Source of the DNA: Vicinamibacterales bacterium
Lineage (GTDB): Bacteria > Acidobacteriota > Vicinamibacteria > Vicinamibacterales > JAMQPK01
Assembly: GCA_023717525.1 (NCBI GenBank)
Contig: JAMQPK010000126.1
Coordinates: 160-64,159 of the forward strand
Length of the DNA stretch: 64,000 bases
Direction of reading: 5' to 3'
The position numbers and the translations under genes are program-made. Below, piece by piece: positions 61,974-64,000 of this stretch. Positions within the stretch are counted from its first letter, which is position 1. Each line of letters begins with the position of its first letter. Under the pieces are notes generated by a model. The model searched no databases and had not been told where the DNA came from. It was given only the letters and a program-made list of their open reading frames with translations.

Positions 61974-62677
61974 ATCTCAAGGGTGCAACAGCACTGGTCA
62001 CAGGCGGATCGAACGGAATCGGTCTCGCCATTGCGAAAACGCTGATCGATGGCGGCTGCAAAGTCGCCGTGACCGGGCGCGACGAAAAGCGGCTGCTCAC
62101 CGCCGCTCGCTCGATCGGTGCGTCTCCCATTCACGCGGATGTGGCGAAGGAGGCGGATGTCCTGCGTACGTATAAGGAGGTACTCCAGCAGTTCGGCCAC
62201 CTGGACATCCTGATCAACAACGCCGGGTTCGGTGTCATCAAGCCCCTCGTCGAGATGGATCTCGCGAGCTTCGAGAAAGTGTTCGCGACCAACGTCACGG
62301 GTGCAATGCTGATGGCGCGAGAGGCGGCCAAGCACTTCATCGAGCGCAAGAGCGGCAACATCGTCAACATTGGATCGACTGCGGCCGTGCGGGGAGCGGC
62401 GAAGGGTACCGCGTACTACGGCAGCAAATTCGCATTGCGGGGCATGACCGAGTGCTGGCGCGCCGAGCTGCGGCAGTACAACGTCCGCGTCATTCTGGTG
62501 AATCCGAGCGAGGTCCTCACCGACTTCTATGCGACGGCCGGCCTTCCACAGAACAAGGAGAACCCGACCAAGCTGCGGGGCGAGGATATCGCCCACGCCG
62601 TCCGCGCTGTGCTCGAGATGGACGACCGCGGGTTCACGATCGAAACGACGGTGTTTGCCACGAACCCAAAGGAGTGA
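61970..62677 (+). CDS. Short-chain dehydrogenase/reductase (SDR)
   Basis: It has the cofactor motif TGGSNGIGLAIA, an NNAG motif and the catalytic YYGSK. Its start overlaps the DinB stop in an ATGA. Confidence 0.9.
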   Translation: MNLKGATALVTGGSNGIGLAIAKTLIDGGCKVAVTGRDEKRLLTAARSIGASPIHADVAKEADVLRTYKEVLQQFGHLDILINNAGFGVIKPLVEMDLASFEKVFATNVTGAMLMAREAAKHFIERKSGNIVNIGSTAAVRGAAKGTAYYGSKFALRGMTECWRAELRQYNVRVILVNPSEVLTDFYATAGLPQNKENPTKLRGEDIAHAVRAVLEMDDRGFTIETTVFATNPKE

Positions 62678-62681
62678 TCAC

Positions 62682-63170
62682 ATGAGGACTGTGCTTCGAG
62701 TTCTTGCATTCGTTCTCCTGGTCGCGCCCGCCTTTGCTCAAGGGACGCCGGCGGCGTCGAAGTCGACATTCGCATTGTGGCGTTCGGACGAGCTCGCGAA
62801 ACGGAATCAGGCGCTCTCGACGAAGATCGGACCAGATCACTCGGCGCGTGAAACGCTGGCCGACTACGGCGACCATCGTTTCCGTTTTATTCGGCGCGAC
62901 GCCGACGGGTTCCCCGAGCAGCACGATCAGATTGTCGACGTCGTGTACGTGCAGAGCGGCGAGGGCACATTGCAGCTCGGCGGCAAAGTCATTGGCTTGA
63001 AGGCAGGCGGGGGAGCCGGAGAGTTCGTCGGCACCTCGCTCGAGGGCGGCGAGCGTCACGCGATTGCGGCCGGCGACGTCCTCCACATCCCAGCGGCGAT
63101 CCCGCATGCTTTTCTTGTCGCGAAGGGCAAGCACATCACGTACGTGCTCCTCAAGTTCCCGGCAAAGTGA
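62682..63170 (+). CDS. Secreted cupin-fold protein
   Basis: It has a signal peptide (VLAFVLLVAPAFAQG) and cupin-like strands (VDVVYVQSGEGTLQLGG...GDVLHIPAAIPHAF). Confidence 0.7.
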   Translation: MRTVLRVLAFVLLVAPAFAQGTPAASKSTFALWRSDELAKRNQALSTKIGPDHSARETLADYGDHRFRFIRRDADGFPEQHDQIVDVVYVQSGEGTLQLGGKVIGLKAGGGAGEFVGTSLEGGERHAIAAGDVLHIPAAIPHAFLVAKGKHITYVLLKFPAK

Positions 63171-63649
63171 CCAGCATCTATGACATCGAGGTGACGACGG
63201 TCGATGGCGAGTCAGTGGTGCTCGGTGCCTACAGGGGACAGACGCTGCTCATCGTGAACGTAGCCAGCCAGTGCGGCTACACGTCTCAGTACACCGGCCT
63301 CGAGGCGATGTATCGGCGCCACAAGGATGAAGGGTTCGCTGTCCTGGCTTTTCCGTGCGACCAGTTCGGGCACCAGGAGCCGGGAACCGAAGCGGAGATC
63401 AAGCAGTTCTGTTCGGATGCCTACCACGTCACATTTCCGCTGTTTTCGAAGATCAAGGTGAACGGCCCCGATGCGCATCCCCTCTATCGCTACCTGACTT
63501 CTCAGAAGAAGGGCATCCTCGGCCAGAGTGCCATCCCCTGGAACTTCAGCAAGTTTCTGATCAACCGCGAGGGAGATGTCGTCCGGCGGTACGCCGCTCG
63601 CGACACGCCTGAGGCCATCGAGAAAGATCTTACAGGCCTGCTGAAATGA
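63167..63649 (+). CDS. gpx: Glutathione peroxidase family protein (Cys-type)
   Basis: It has LIVNVASQCGYTSQY (peroxidatic Cys), LAFPCDQFGHQEPG and WNFSKFLI motifs. The GTG start overlaps the previous stop. Confidence 0.92.
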   Translation: MTSIYDIEVTTVDGESVVLGAYRGQTLLIVNVASQCGYTSQYTGLEAMYRRHKDEGFAVLAFPCDQFGHQEPGTEAEIKQFCSDAYHVTFPLFSKIKVNGPDAHPLYRYLTSQKKGILGQSAIPWNFSKFLINREGDVVRRYAARDTPEAIEKDLTGLLK

Positions 63650-63664
63650 CGTTGAGCCGGTAGA

Positions 63665-64000
63665 ATGTCGGAACTCGAGCGGCAGTTCGGCCAGATCGAC
63701 ATCTACCTATTCGACCAGCTTCTTCGGGGCCGCATTCGGACGGGCATGCGCGTCGTGGACGCCGGATGCGGATCCGGCCGCAATCTCGTGTATCTCTTGC
63801 AGGCGGGCTTCGAAGTGTTCGCGACGGACGCCGACGCTGGCGCGATCGATCATGTCAGAAGCCTGGCTGCCAGCCTGTCGCCTGGGCTGCCCGCGGAGAA
63901 TTTCCGCGTTGAGCCGGTCGAGCAGATGACGTTTCCGGACGCCTTCGCCGACGTCGTGCTCAGCAGCGCCGTCCTGCATTTCGCTCGTGATGACGCGCAC
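63665..64000 (+). CDS. Class I SAM-dependent methyltransferase, 3' end outside window
   Basis: It is absent from the ORF track because there is no stop before the window end. It reads MSELERQFGQIDIYLFDQLLRGRIRTGMRVVDAGCGSGRN (motif I), then VFATDAD and VVLSSAVLHF (motifs II and III). Confidence 0.75.
   Translation, partial: MSELERQFGQIDIYLFDQLLRGRIRTGMRVVDAGCGSGRNLVYLLQAGFEVFATDADAGAIDHVRSLAASLSPGLPAENFRVEPVEQMTFPDAFADVVLSSAVLHFARDDAH

Noticed and set aside
1-64000. tRNA, rRNA, transposase, integrase or prophage genes
   Set aside because: Intergenic regions are short and none shows tRNA-like arms or T-loop consensus. No ORF has transposase, integrase, phage or nuclease motifs recognisable by eye.

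Overview
This is a GC-rich, densely coding bacterial chromosomal segment with about 58 protein genes. I found no rRNA, tRNA, CRISPR array or recognisable mobile element. The gene content looks Acidobacteriota-like, which is an inference and was not searched: a TonB-dependent receptor with a carboxypeptidase-regulatory N-domain, a DUF1800/DUF1501 pair, MacB-type permeases, secreted S9/M61/M20 peptidases, bacillithiol genes and an ACIII-like respiratory module. Main blocks in order: a 5'-truncated NCS1 permease; a MacA-like adaptor plus two MacB-type permeases; a molybdenum-hydroxylase operon (2Fe-2S, large subunit, CoxG-like, FAD subunit) followed by a cyclase-family hydrolase and an amidase; MarR plus the TonB-dependent receptor; pdxH/glnS; a MoxR-DUF58-BatD-like-VWA-X-VWA (Bat-like) operon whose MoxR/DUF58 junction appears deleted; icd; the ACIII-like actA-B1-B2-C-D-E operon; peptidases, a thioredoxin-fold oxidoreductase and an SSS symporter; an AraC-MGMT fusion; bshB1-bshA plus a 903-aa secreted LmbE fusion; DUF1800/DUF1501; orphan E1 alpha/beta; a TetR-controlled YbhGFSR-like ABC/TolC efflux operon; PPK2; and a DinB-SDR-cupin-Gpx stress cluster. 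I did not recognise a defence system or biosynthetic cluster. The most unusual signal is non-coding: most intergenic spacers are degenerate 7-bp tandem repeats, with different units at different loci and often arranged as inverted arms. One 63-bp palindromic version occurs three times, and one array sits inside a coding region. Other items worth a second look are a G4/C4 hairpin element just upstream of three start codons, a strand-specific 17-bp long-range helix in the TonB-receptor leader, and an unlisted 38-codon ORF translationally coupled to the SSS symporter. All family assignments come from motif recognition by eye, with no database search.
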